From an uncultured Gemmatimonadales bacterium (GTDB taxonomy: Bacteria > Gemmatimonadota > Gemmatimonadetes > Longimicrobiales > Gaopeijiaceae): a DNA stretch of 64,000 bases. This document shows, piece by piece, positions 12,625-22,919 of the stretch. The translations under genes were made by a program, and so were the position numbers. Below the pieces are notes generated by a model, which had not been told where the DNA came from, ran no database searches, and saw only the letters and a list, made by a program, of their open reading frames with translations. Position 1 is the stretch's first letter, and every line of letters begins with the position of its first letter. The stretch is from the NCBI GenBank assembly GCA_963823035.1, contig CAWGKG010000012.1:352001-416000 (forward strand), written 5' to 3'.

Positions 12625-13170
12625 ATGTGGGAGCTGTTGGTCGTCCTCGCCGTGGTCGTCGTGGCCGTTGCGATGTACAACTCGCTCGTGAAGCTGCGCG
12701 AACGCGCCGACGGCGCCTGGGCCGACATCGACGTCCAGCTCAAGCGCCGCTACGACCTCGTTCCCAACCTGGTCGAGACCGTGAAGGGCTACGCGAGCCA
12801 CGAGAAGGACACGCTCGAGCGCGTGGTCCAGGCGCGCGAGCGCCGCGATGGGCGCGCACGCGGTCCTGCCGCCAAGGCGCAGGCGGAGGGCGCCCTGACC
12901 GGAGCGCTGAAGTCGCTCTTCGCGCTTTCCGAGGCGTACCCGCAGCTCCAGGCGGCGGGCGGGTTCCGCGACCTGCAGGGCACGCTGTCGCAGATCGAGG
13001 AGCAGATCGCGCAGGCCCGCCGGTACTACAACGCCGTGGTCCGTGACTTCAACACGAAGACACAGACGTTCCCGAATGTCCTGATCGCTCGCGCCTTCGG
13101 CTTCTCGGAGCGCGAGTTCTTCGAGGTCGCCGAATCGGAGAAGGCGGCGCCGCACGTCAAGTTCGACTGA
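12625..13170 (+). CDS. lemA: LemA family protein
   Basis: N-terminal TM segment, then YNSLV...AWADIDVQLKRRYDLVPNLVETVKGYA...ARRYYNAVV...FPNVLIA. Confidence 0.93.
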   Translation: MWELLVVLAVVVVAVAMYNSLVKLRERADGAWADIDVQLKRRYDLVPNLVETVKGYASHEKDTLERVVQARERRDGRARGPAAKAQAEGALTGALKSLFALSEAYPQLQAAGGFRDLQGTLSQIEEQIAQARRYYNAVVRDFNTKTQTFPNVLIARAFGFSEREFFEVAESEKAAPHVKFD

Positions 13171-13209
13171 GCCGGGTGAGCGAGGCGGCCACGGTGGATG
13201 CGGCGGTGC

Positions 13210-14392
13210 ATGGAGGCAGACGAACTTCCGGGACAGGACGGTAGGTGGTTCGCATCCGCGCGGTCGAGGGACGCCGCGGGCTGGCCCGCTTCATCGACGT
13301 GCCGTGGCGCATCCTCGGACCGCCGGGAGCATCCGCAGTGGGTGCCCCCCCTGCGCTCCCAGGTGGCCGACCTGCTGGACGACCGGCGGCAATCCGTTCT
13401 ACCGCAACGCGGCACGCGCGCTCTTCGTGGCCGAGGTCGACGGGCGGCCCGTCGGCCGGATCGCGGCCATCGAGAACCGCGCCCACAACGACTTCCACGA
13501 TGACCGCGTCGGCTTCTTCGGCTTCTACGAGTCGATCGACGAACCGGAGGTGACCGGCGCACTCCTCGACGCGGCGGCCGCGTGGCTCGGCGCGCGCGGG
13601 TTGGATACCGTGCGGGGCCCGATGAGCCCCTCGACGAACTACGATTGCGGGATGCTCGCGGACGGCTTCGACGCCCGCTGCACCTTCCTCACCACCTGGA
13701 ATCCACCGTACTACCCCTCGCTCATGGAGCGCTCGGGCATGACCGGCGTCCAGGACCTGGTGGCGTACTTCATCCGCCTGGACAAGGAGCGACCGCCGCT
13801 TTCGCGACGCTTCGTGCGCCTGGTCGAGCGAAGCCGGAAGCAGACGGGCATCACGTTCCGCAGCGCGGACCTGAAGCACTTCTGGAGCGAGGTGGAGCGC
13901 CTCTGGTCCGTGTACGGCTCGGCGTGGGAGGACAACTGGGGATTCGTGCCGGTCACGCGCGAGGAGTTCCGGCACATGGCGAAGGACCTGCGCCACCTCC
14001 TCGTGGACGACTTCATGATCGTTGCGGAGGTCGATGGCGATGCGGTCGGATTCATCCTGGTGGTGCCCGACTACAACGAGGTGCTCCAGGAGATCGGCAA
14101 CGGGCGCCTCTTCCCGACCGGGATCTTCCGCCTCCTCTTCGCGAAGCGACGTCTCCGGGTCGGCCGCATCATGGCCGCCGGCATCCGCCCTGCGTACCGC
14201 GGCGCGAGCATCCTGCCGCTCTTCTTCGACGAGCTCGTCCGGCGTGGCGCCGCCTACGGAGGGGTCGGAGCCGACGCCTCGTGGATCCTCGCCGACAACA
14301 AGCTCATGCGGGCCCCGCTCGACGAGATCGAGGCCGAGGTCACCCGCACCTGGCGCATCTGGGAGCGACCGATCCCACAGGGAGACCGCTGA
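13210..14392 (+). CDS. Tandem-GNAT N-acyltransferase (YghO / bacterial ceramide synthase-like; 5' frameshifts, start approximate)
   Basis: WVPPL...NPFY...VGRIAAIENRAHN...GFFGFYE...GPMSPSTNYDCG...WNPPYY...AWEDNWGFVP...PDYN...SWILADN...W signature. Confidence 0.75.
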
Positions 14393-16187
14393 TGAACGTC
14401 GTGCGCACCCGTGCCGGTTCCGCCCGTGCCCTCGCCTCGAGCGCCGCGCTCGCCTGCGGCCTCGGCCGTCCCGTCCGGCGCACACGCCCAGCGCAGCCTC
14501 CAGATCGAGCGCTTCGACGCCACGATCCGGGTCGAGAAGTCGGGATGGATCGACGTGCGCGAGGAGATCCAGGTCCACTTCACGGGGTCGTGGAACGGCA
14601 TCTTCCGCACGATCCCGGTCGAGTACACCACGCCGCAGGGCTTCTCCTACCGCCTGTTCCTCGAGGACGTGACCGTCACCGGCACGGGCGGCGAGCCCTA
14701 CGAGTTCATGTCGTCGCGCGAGCGGCACTACCGCCAGCTCAAGATCCGCGTGCCCGGTGCGGACGACGCCACGCGCTCGGTCTTCATCCACTACCGCGTG
14801 CCGAACGCGCTCAAGTTCTGGGACGAGTACGACGAGCTGTACTGGAACGTCACCGGGGACGAGTGGGAGATGCCCATCCGGGCGGCCACCGCCATGGTGA
14901 TCCTCCCCGACGGCGCGGCGGGCACGCGCACGGCCTCGTGGACCGGCGGATACGGTGCGACCGAGGACGCCGCATCGGTGCAGGCGACCGACGACGGCTT
15001 CTTCTTCGAGACCCGCCGACCGCTCAACTACCGCGAGGGTCTGACGATCGCGGTGGCGTGGAACCCCGGCGTGGTGGCGCGCCCCACCCGGCTCGACAAG
15101 ACCGTCCGCTTCCTGCGGGCGAACTGGCTCCTCCTCCTGCCGCTGGTCAGCCTGGCCTTCATGTGGCGCCTCTGGTCACGCAGGGGACGCGACCCCGCGA
15201 AGCTCACCGTGTCGCCCCAGTACGGCCCGCCCGAGGAGCTGAGCCCCTCCGAGGCCGGCACGCTGGTGGACAACAGGCCCGACCTGCGGGACATCACCGC
15301 CGCGCTCGTGGACCTGGCCGTGCGGGGCTACCTGCGCATCGAGGAGGTCGAACCGGACGGGCTGCTCTCCCGCTGGGTCGGCAAGACCGACTACGCGCTC
15401 GTGCCCCTGAAGCCCAAGGAGAGTTGGTCGGAGCTGCGAGCGCACGAGCGGGAGGTTCTCCGCGGCGTCTTCGGAAGCGCTCGAGATCGCGGGGATACCG
15501 GCGGCCGTGAAGATGTCCGACCTCCAGCACGAGTTCTACGAGCATCTCCCCACGATCCGCACGGGGATCTTCAACGAGCTGATCCGGCGCGGGTACTACG
15601 ACCAGCGACCCGACAAGACGCTGGGCCGGTACATGGTGGCGGGGGTGATCGTGCTCGTGGCGGGGCTGGCGCTGGGGCTGCTGGCGGCCGATCGCCTGGG
15701 CCTCTCGCACCTGACCGCCGTCCTGGCCGCGATCGGCATGGCCGTGCCGGTCTTCGTGTTCGGCGCGCTCATGCCGTCGCGGACGGTGAAGGGCGCGCGG
15801 GTCCGCGAGCGCGTACTCGGCTTCGAGGACTTCCTCGACCGCGTGGAATCGGACCGCTTCAAGCGGATGATCACCTCGCCCGAGATGTTCGAGCGCTTCC
15901 TCCCGTACGCGATGGCGTTCGGCGTCGAGCGGAAGTGGGCTGCGGCGTTCGAGAACCTCTACACGGAGCCTCCGACGTGGTACGTCGGCGCGTGGGACGG
16001 CGGCTTCCGCACCACGCACTTCGTCAGCAGCATGGGGAGGATGTCGACGGCGGCCTCCACCGCGCTCGGCTCGGGGCCGCGGAGCAGCGGCGGCTCGGGG
16101 TTCGGCGGCGGAGGCGGAGGCGGGTTCAGCGGCGGCGGTGGCTTCAGCGGAGGTGGCTTCGGCGGAGGGGGCGGGGGAGGCTGGTAG
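14392..16187 (+). CDS. DUF2207 family membrane protein (frameshifts)
   Basis: IERFDATIRV, WNGIFRTIP, DELYWNVTGDEW, ITAALVDLAVRGYL, FERFLPYAMAFGV, Gly-rich GGGFSGGG...GGW C-terminus. Confidence 0.88.
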
Positions 16188-16237
16188 GGGCTGAAACCTC
16201 TCGTCACACCCCCTCGTAGGTCACACTCGACGACGGT

Positions 16238-16256
16238 TGCATCCGCGACGGATGTA
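16238..16256. promoter_or_regulatory. Candidate PadR operator palindrome
   Basis: tgcatccg-cga-cggatgta inverted repeat about 25 nt upstream of the padR start, nested inside a cactcga/tcgagtg inverted repeat (16224-16264). Confidence 0.4.
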
Positions 16257-16280
16257 TTCGAGTGAACCCGCGAGGCCGAC

Positions 16281-16628
16281 ATGACCGGACGCCCCGAGCT
16301 CGACGCCCTGCTCCCCCTGACATCCACCGTCTTCCACGTCCTGGTGGCGCTCGCCAGCGAGCCCCGCCACGGCTACGCCATCGCCCGCGAGGTCGAGGAG
16401 CTGACCGACGGGCGCATCACGATGGGCCCGGGCACGCTGTACGGCTCGCTGCAGCGGATGACCGAACGCGGGCTGATCGCCGAAACGGAGAACCCGGGGG
16501 ACGACGGGACGCACGCCGACCGCCGGCGCTACTACCGCATCACGCCCCTCGGGAGCGCGGCGCTCCGCGCGGAGTCCGAGCGGCTCACGCGCGCGGTCGC
16601 GGTGGCCCAGCAGCGATTGGGCACATGA
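16281..16628 (+). CDS. PadR family transcriptional regulator
   Basis: FHVLVALASEPRHGYAI...GPGTLYGSLQRM...RRRYYRITPLG. Confidence 0.92.
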   Translation: MTGRPELDALLPLTSTVFHVLVALASEPRHGYAIAREVEELTDGRITMGPGTLYGSLQRMTERGLIAETENPGDDGTHADRRRYYRITPLGSAALRAESERLTRAVAVAQQRLGT

Positions 16629-19327
16629 CGACCGATCCCGACCGCGTCCGTCGGCTCTACCGTCGGCTGCTGCGACTCTATCCGGAGGCGTTCCGCGAGC
16701 GCTACGAGGCGGACCTCCTCCAGGTCTTCGACGACCGGCGCCGCGAGCCGCGCTTCCGGGGCACCGTGGGCGGGCTGCGTCTGGTGCTCTTCCTTCTGCG
16801 TGACTTCGCGACTTCCATGCCGCTGGCGACGGATCGCCGGGCCGAGCCCCTGGGTGGGGACGATGATGAGCGACCTGTTGCAGGACCTGCGCTACGCCTT
16901 CCGCATGCTGGTGAAGAACCCGCTGTTCACGGTCGCGGCCGTCGTCACCCTCGCGCTCGGCATCGGCCTGAACGCCGCGACGTTCTCGGCGGTGAACGGG
17001 CTCCTCCTGCGGCCGCTGCCGGGCGCGCGGGATCCGGACCGCCTCGTCCAGCTCTATCGAGCGTGGCCGGGCATGGAGTACGGCTCCAACTCGATCCCCC
17101 ACTACCAGGATCTGCGCGACCGCACGGGCGACGCCTTCGAGAGCGTGGCCGCCTGGTACTTCGCCCCGATGTCGGTCTCGGCCGACGGGCGCAGCGAGCG
17201 GATCATGGGGATGATGGTGAGCGCCGAACTTCTTCCAGACCTACGGCGTGACGCCGGTCCTGGGGCGCGCGTTCATCCCGGGCGAGGAGTCCGTCGGACC
17301 GGGCGCCCACCCGGTGGCGATCCTGGGCAACGGCTTCTGGCAGGAGCGTTTCGGCGGAGATCCGGCGGTGGTGGGCCGCACGCTGTCCTGAACGGCCACC
17401 CCTTCGAGGTGGTGGGCGTCGCGCCGCGCGGACTTCAGGGGCCCCGTGACCTTCGCCAGCGTCCCGGTCTACGTGCCGCTGATGATGCAGATGCAGATCG
17501 ACCCCGGGCAGAACCTGCATCGAGTCCCGGGGCAACAACATGATGAACGTCGATGGCCCGCCTGCGCGACGGCGTCACGCTCGAGCGCGCCCAGGAGGTC
17601 GTGGACGCGCACCCTCGCCCAGCTGCGCGAGGAGCTTCCCGACTCCTACGACGACCAGGTGGGCACCACGCTCGTGCCGCAGAGGAGACGCGGGCATCCA
17701 CCCGATGTTCCGGAGCGCCCAGGTGCGGAATGAGCGCCGTGATCATGGCGGTGGTCTCGCTCCTGCTGCTGATCGCCTGCGTGAACGTGGCGAACCTCTT
17801 CCTGGCGCGGGCCCGGGAGCGCCGCCGGGAGATGGGCATCCGCCTGAGCCTGGGGGCCGGCCGGTTCCGCATCGTCCGCCAGCTCCTCACGGAGAGCCTG
17901 GTGTTCAGCCACGCTCGCCGGCCTCGCCGGCCTCGGGCTGGCCCAGCTTGCCGTAGGGGTGCTGTCGAACATCCGCCCGCCGATGGACGGGCCCTGGCAC
18001 TTCAGCGTCGAGATGGACGACCGCGTGCTCCTCTTCACGCTCGGCGTCTCCCTCCTGACCGGCGATCGTCTTCGGCCTGGCCCCCGCGCTGCAGGCGGCG
18101 CGAGCCCGAGGTCGTGTCCGCGGTGAAGGGCGAGTCCGCGCGGCAGGGCGGGACGGTCGCGCATGAGCAGCGGCCTGGTCGTCGTGCAGATCGCGCTTTC
18201 GCTCCTGCTGCTGGTGAGCTCCGGCCTCTTCCTCCGGAGCCTCCAGGGCGCCACGGAGATCGATCCCGGCTTCGACGAGCCGGCGCAACCTCGTGACCGC
18301 GGCCGCCGATCCGGGCCTCCAGGGATACGACGAGGCGCGCTCGCGCGCGTTCTGGGACGACGTGCTCGCAGCAGGTGGGCGCGCTCCCCGAGGTGCGCGC
18401 GGTCGGGTCTCACCGACTGGCTTCCCCTGGGGATCAGCGGCTCCGACCGCGGCGTGACGATCCCCGGGTACGAGTTCGCGGAGGGAGAGCTGCAGAGCTT
18501 CATCTACGCGAAGGTCACCGAGGGCTTCCTCGAGGCGCTGGGCATCGACCTGGTCGAGGGCCGCACCTTCACCGCGCCAGGACGACGCGAGCGGCGCGCC
18601 GGTCATCATCGTCAACCAGCGCATGGCGGAGCACTTCTGGCCCGGCGAGTCGGCGATCGGGAAGATCGTCCACACGGCGGGACAAGGACCGCCAGGTCGT
18701 GGGCGTCGTCGCGAACGGGAAGTACCGCAGCCTCGGCGAGGCGCCCACGGACATGATGTTCCTGCCGCAGCGTGAGCTGTTCGCGTCGGGGATGGCGATC
18801 GTGGCCCGCACCTCCGGCGACCCGCAGGCGGTGATGCGCCGCATCCAGCAGATCGTGCGCGCCGAGGACCCCGACCTGCCGGTCTTCGACGTGCGCACCA
18901 TGGAGGACCACATGGGCATCGCGCTGCTGCCCGGCGCGGCTGGGCGGCTCCGTCCTCGGCCTGTTCGGGGTGCTCGGCCTGGTGCTGGCCGCGGTGGGCA
19001 TCTACGGCGTGATGGCGTACTCGGTCGCCCAGCGCAGGCGCGAGCTGGGCATCCGGGTCGCCCTGGGCGCGGACCGGGGCAGGGTGCTCCGGCTGGTGCT
19101 CGGCGAGGGGCTCAAGCTCGCGGTGATCGGCACCGTGCTCGGCCTGGTCGGCGCGGCCGCCGCCGCCCGGCTCGTGCGCGGCCTGCTCTACAACGTCAGC
19201 TCCCTCGATCCCGTCGCCTTCGTCGGGCGTGCCGCTGCTTCTGGTGGGCGTGGCGGCCCTCGCGGTCTACATCCCGGCGCGGCGCGCCGCGGGCCTCGAG
19301 CCGATGCGCGTGCTCAAGTCGGAGTAG
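16625..19327 (+). CDS. Duplicated MacB/FtsX-type ABC permease (ADOP-like; many frameshifts)
   Basis: [18 protein letters not shown] prefix, [10 protein letters not shown]...[27 protein letters not shown]...[53 protein letters not shown]. Confidence 0.85.
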
Positions 19328-19962
19328 CGGCGGCGAGGGCGGAGCGGTACGCCTCGTCCACCTCCCCGGGCGAGGCGACCGCGAAGCCCAGGTCGCGCAG
19401 CAGCCCGTCCGAGAGGCCGTAGATCCAGCCGTGCACGGTGAGCGGCTGCGCCCTGCGCCATGCGTCCTGCACGATCGTCGTGCGGCACACGTTCACGGCC
19501 TGCTCCAGGACGTTCAGCTCGGCCAGCCGATCCACCGCGGCGTCCCCGTCCAGAGGCGTCGAGCTCGTCCGCGTGGCGGACCGCCACGTCCTCGACGTGG
19601 CGGAGCCAGTTGTCCACCAGACCCGACGGCTCGTGCCTCCACGCCGCCTTGACGCCGCCGCAGCCGTAGTGGCCGCACACGATCACATGCGGCACGCGCA
19701 GCACCTCGACCGCGAACTGGAGCACCGACAGGCAGTTCAGGTCCGTGTGCACGACCACGTTGGCCACGTTCCGGTGGACGAACAGCTCGCCGGGCGGCAG
19801 GCCGACGATCTCATTGGCCGGCACGCGGCTGTCGGCGCATCCGATCCAGAGGTACGTGGGGTTCTGCTCGCGGGCCAGCTCGGCGAAGAACGACGGGTCC
19901 TGGGCCAGGTGGCCCTCGGCCCACAGGCGGTTGTTCCTGAACAGCTCGGGAAGATGTCTCAT
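19314..19962 (-). CDS. can: Beta-class carbonic anhydrase (frameshift near 19550)
   Basis: WIGCADSRVP, ELFVHRNVAN, CGHYGCGGV, LAELNV, HGWIYGLSDG. Confidence 0.93.
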
Positions 19963-20059
19963 GGTGGCCGAACTCTAAGGCGCCGCGCTCATCCGGGCGA
20001 GGCTGGACGCCAGGACGAACGGCCTTGACCTACGGGGCGCAGGGCCCAGAGTATCGGTC

Positions 20060-20146
20060 ATGACCGCTTCGTATCGGACCCGGCGATTTAGCGCCCACTC
20101 CCGCAGATTCCTGCCGGGGTGCGACATCCGCGTCCGTACGACGTAG
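20060..20146 (+). promoter_or_regulatory. Putative leader peptide (28 aa) of an attenuator
   Basis: ATG 20060 to TAG 20146 encodes MTASYRTRRFSAHSRRFLPGCDIRVRTT (Tyr plus two RRF). It lies upstream of a terminator and the CM/PDT genes. Confidence 0.5.
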
Positions 20147-20171
20147 CGGTCGACACCAGCCCGAGTGACCC

Positions 20172-20212
20172 GAGGCGGTCCGGCAGACGATGCCGGGCCG
20201 CCTCTTTCGTTT
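20172..20212 (+). terminator. Intrinsic terminator in the 5' leader of chorismate mutase/prephenate dehydratase
   Basis: 14-bp stem gaggcggtccggca/tgccgggccgcctc (one G-U pair), 5-nt loop, then tttcgttt, ending 23 nt before the CM start. Confidence 0.75.
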
Positions 20213-20235
20213 CCCCCACCGTCCCCGAGAGACCG

Positions 20236-20574
20236 ATGGAGACCCACCCGACCCCACCCAGCCCGGAGCCGCCCGAGCTGCGCGCGATCCGCGGCGAGAT
20301 CGACCGCCTCGATCAGGAGATCCTCACGCTCATGGCGCGGCGCTTCGGCTTCGCCATCGACACGCTGGCCGTGAAGGCGCGCCACGGGCTGCAGGTGGCG
20401 GACTCCCGCCGCGAGGCCCAGGTCGTGCGCAACGCCGCGGCGCGCGCACGCGAGCTCGGCCTCGAGCCCGAGCTGGTACGGGACATCTACTGGCGCATCA
20501 TCGAGCTGTCCCGCCAGGCGCAGCGTCGCCTCGCGCCGGACAGGGGCGCCCTGAGCGGTGGAGGAGCCGCGTGA
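20236..20574 (+). CDS. Chorismate mutase (AroQ type)
   Basis: LRAIRGEIDRLDQEILTLMARR...K...DSRREAQV...IIELSR. Confidence 0.88.
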   Translation: METHPTPPSPEPPELRAIRGEIDRLDQEILTLMARRFGFAIDTLAVKARHGLQVADSRREAQVVRNAAARARELGLEPELVRDIYWRIIELSRQAQRRLAPDRGALSGGGAA

Positions 20575-21394
20575 CCGTCGTCGCCATTCAGGGGGAGCGC
20601 GGCGCCTTCAGCCACGCCGCGGCGAGGCACGTGGTGGGAGGGGACCCGGAGATCCTCGCCTGCCGCACCTTCGAGGAGCTCTTCGCGGCCGTCGCGGGCG
20701 GGCGGGCCGAGCTGGGCATCGTGCCGGTCGAGAACACGCTGGCCGGTCGGTTCAGCGCAACCTCGACCTCCTCGTCCACCACACGCTGCACGCGGTCGCG
20801 GAGACGCGCGTGCGCATCGGCCTGTGCCTGGTGGCGCCGCCCGGTCGGCATCTCGAGGAGGTCGCGTCGGCGGCGTCCCACCCGGTGGCGCTCCAGCAGT
20901 GCCACGGCTTCTTCCGGGACCATCCGGGGATCGAGGCCGTGGTGGCCTACGACACGGCCGGCAGCGTACGCGATCTGCTCGAGGGCCGCGGCGACTACGA
21001 TGCGGCCATCGGCTCCGCGTTGGCCGCCGAGCTCTACGGCGGGGAGGTGCTCCTGGACCACATCGAGGACGATCCGGCCAACTTCACGCGCTTCCTCGCC
21101 GTCGCGCGCGAGGCCTACCCGACGCCCGGGGACGGCGCGAAGACGTCGATCGCGTTCACGGTGCCGCACCGTCCCGGCTCGCTGCACGAGGCACTCGGCT
21201 TCTTCGCCCGGCGCGGCGTGGACCTGACGCGACTCGAGTCGCGGCCCATTCCCGGGACGCCGTGGGAGTACCGCTTCTACGCCGACCTGCGCGGGGTGCC
21301 GCTCGCCGAGCAGCTCGCGTGCGTGGAGGAGCTGCGGGCGGCGGGGAGCGAGGTGCGGGTGTTGGGGAGCTACGCGGAGGCGGGCGTCGGGTGA
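20571..21394 (+). CDS. pheA: Prephenate dehydratase (frameshift near 20745)
   Basis: VAIQGERGAFS, GIVPVENT, SHPVALQQC, NFTRF, PGSLHEAL, LTRLESRP, WEYRFY, LGSY. Confidence 0.93.
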
Positions 21395-21450
21395 CGGGCT
21401 TGCGGGGGGTTCCTCGAGCTCGGGTGCAGGCTCTCTGCGTCCTCCTTTCT

Positions 21451-21544
21451 TTTTCACCACAGAGGACGCAGAGGACGCAGAGGACGCAGAGAAGGGACTT
21501 CAATTTGTGGTCCTCTGCGTCCTCTGCGTCCACTGTGGTGAAAA
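21451..21544. repeat. REP-like palindrome built from 9-bp tandem units (CAGAGGACG)
   Basis: 34-bp inverted arms 21451-21484 and 21511-21544 with 1 mismatch. Three tandem cagaggacg units on the left and complementary units on the right. An extra partial copy ctctctgcgtcctc lies at 21431-21444. Confidence 0.9.
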
Positions 21545-21582
21545 CGCACGCGAGGCCCCAAGGACACCCGTCACCCGACGCC

Positions 21583-22893
21583 CTACACCAGGATGGCCGT
21601 AGGCTCCTCGAGCATCGCCCTGAGCGTCGCCAGGAACCGCGAGCCCTGCGCTCCGTCGATCACGCGGTGGTCGCAGCTCATCGTGATGCGCATGCGCGGC
21701 CGCACCACCACCTCGCCGTCCACCACGACCGGCGTGTCCTCCATGCCGCCCACGGCCAGGATGCCCGCCTCGGGCGGGTTGATGATCGCCGTGAACTCGT
21801 GGATGCCGAACATCCCCAGGTTCGAGACCGAGAAGGTCGAGCCCGTGTACTCGTCGGGCATGAGCTTCTTCTCGCGGGCGCGGCCGGCCAGCTCCCGCAC
21901 CTCCGCGGCGATCTGCGCGATGCCCTTCAGGTGGGCGTTCTTCACGACCGGCGTGATCAGCCCGTCCTCGATGGCGACGGCCACGCCGAGGTGCACGGCG
22001 TTGAAGCGGCGTACGTGCGTCCCGTGCCACTGCGCGTTGCAGTCGGGGTGACGGCGGAGCGCGCCGGCCACCGCCTTCAGCAGGATGTCGTTGATCGACA
22101 CCTTCTCGCCGCTCTTCTCGAGCATCGCGTTGATGCTGCGGCGCGCCTCCACCACCCGGCCCATGTCGATGTCGACGGTGAGGAAGAAGTGCGGCACCGG
22201 CCCGATCGACTCGACCAGCCGCTTGGCGATCGTCTTGCGCATCTGCGAGACGGGCACGTCCTCGTACTCGGCCTCGTCGGGCGTCCACATCGCGGCGCCG
22301 GCCGCGGGCGCCGGCGACGCCGCTCTCCTTCGCGGCCTCGACGTCGCGCTTCACGATCCGGCCGCCGGGGCCCGAGCCCTCGACACGCGCGAGGTCCACG
22401 CCCAGGTCGTCGGCGAGGCGCCGCGCGAGCGGGGACGCCTTCACGCGTCCGCCGTCGGTGGACGCCGCGGGAGCCGGTGCGGTGGCGGTCGCCGCGCCCG
22501 CCGTTGCCGGCGCCTGCTCGCGGGCGGGAGCGGCCTGGCGGGCTCTTCGCCTCCGGCTGAGCCGGGCCCGTCGCGGGCTTCGCTTCCTCCGCGGGCTTCG
22601 CGGCCGCGCGGGGCCCCGCCGCCCGACGCGCCTTCGACGTCGGAGATGTCGTCGCCGGCCGCCGCGATGACCGCGATCACCTCACCCACCGGCGCGGTGC
22701 CGCCCTCTCCGAGGAAGATCTTGCGCAGGGTGCCGTCGCCGCGGGCGACCAGCTCCATGGTGGCCTTGTCCGTCTCGATCTCCGCGATGACGTCGCCGTT
22801 GGCGATGGCGTCGCCCTCGGACTTGAGCCACCTGACGAGCTGGCCCTCCTCCATGGTGGGGGAGAGGGCTTCCATGTGGACTTTCGTGATCAT
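21583..22893 (-). CDS. pdhC: Pyruvate dehydrogenase E2 dihydrolipoamide acetyltransferase (frameshifts)
   Basis: Lipoyl domain LSPTMEEG...[10 protein letters not shown]3-binding [10 protein letters not shown]...GSGPGGRI, catalytic FTAIINPP and [10 protein letters not shown]. Confidence 0.93.
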
Positions 22894-22919
22894 CGGATCG
22901 TCATGCCGTGGGTGGGCCC

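Noticed and set aside
16086..16187. GGC-rich low-complexity repeat
   Set aside because: It encodes the normal Gly-rich C-terminal tail of DUF2207 proteins.
20236..21394. Chorismate mutase and prephenate dehydratase as one frameshifted P-protein
   Set aside because: The junction is a clean GTGA stop/start overlap (20571-20574), as in other operons here, so two genes are more likely. A fusion cannot be fully excluded.
21451..21544. Repeat region as a CRISPR array
   Set aside because: The units are 9-bp tandem repeats without spacers, and no cas genes are present.
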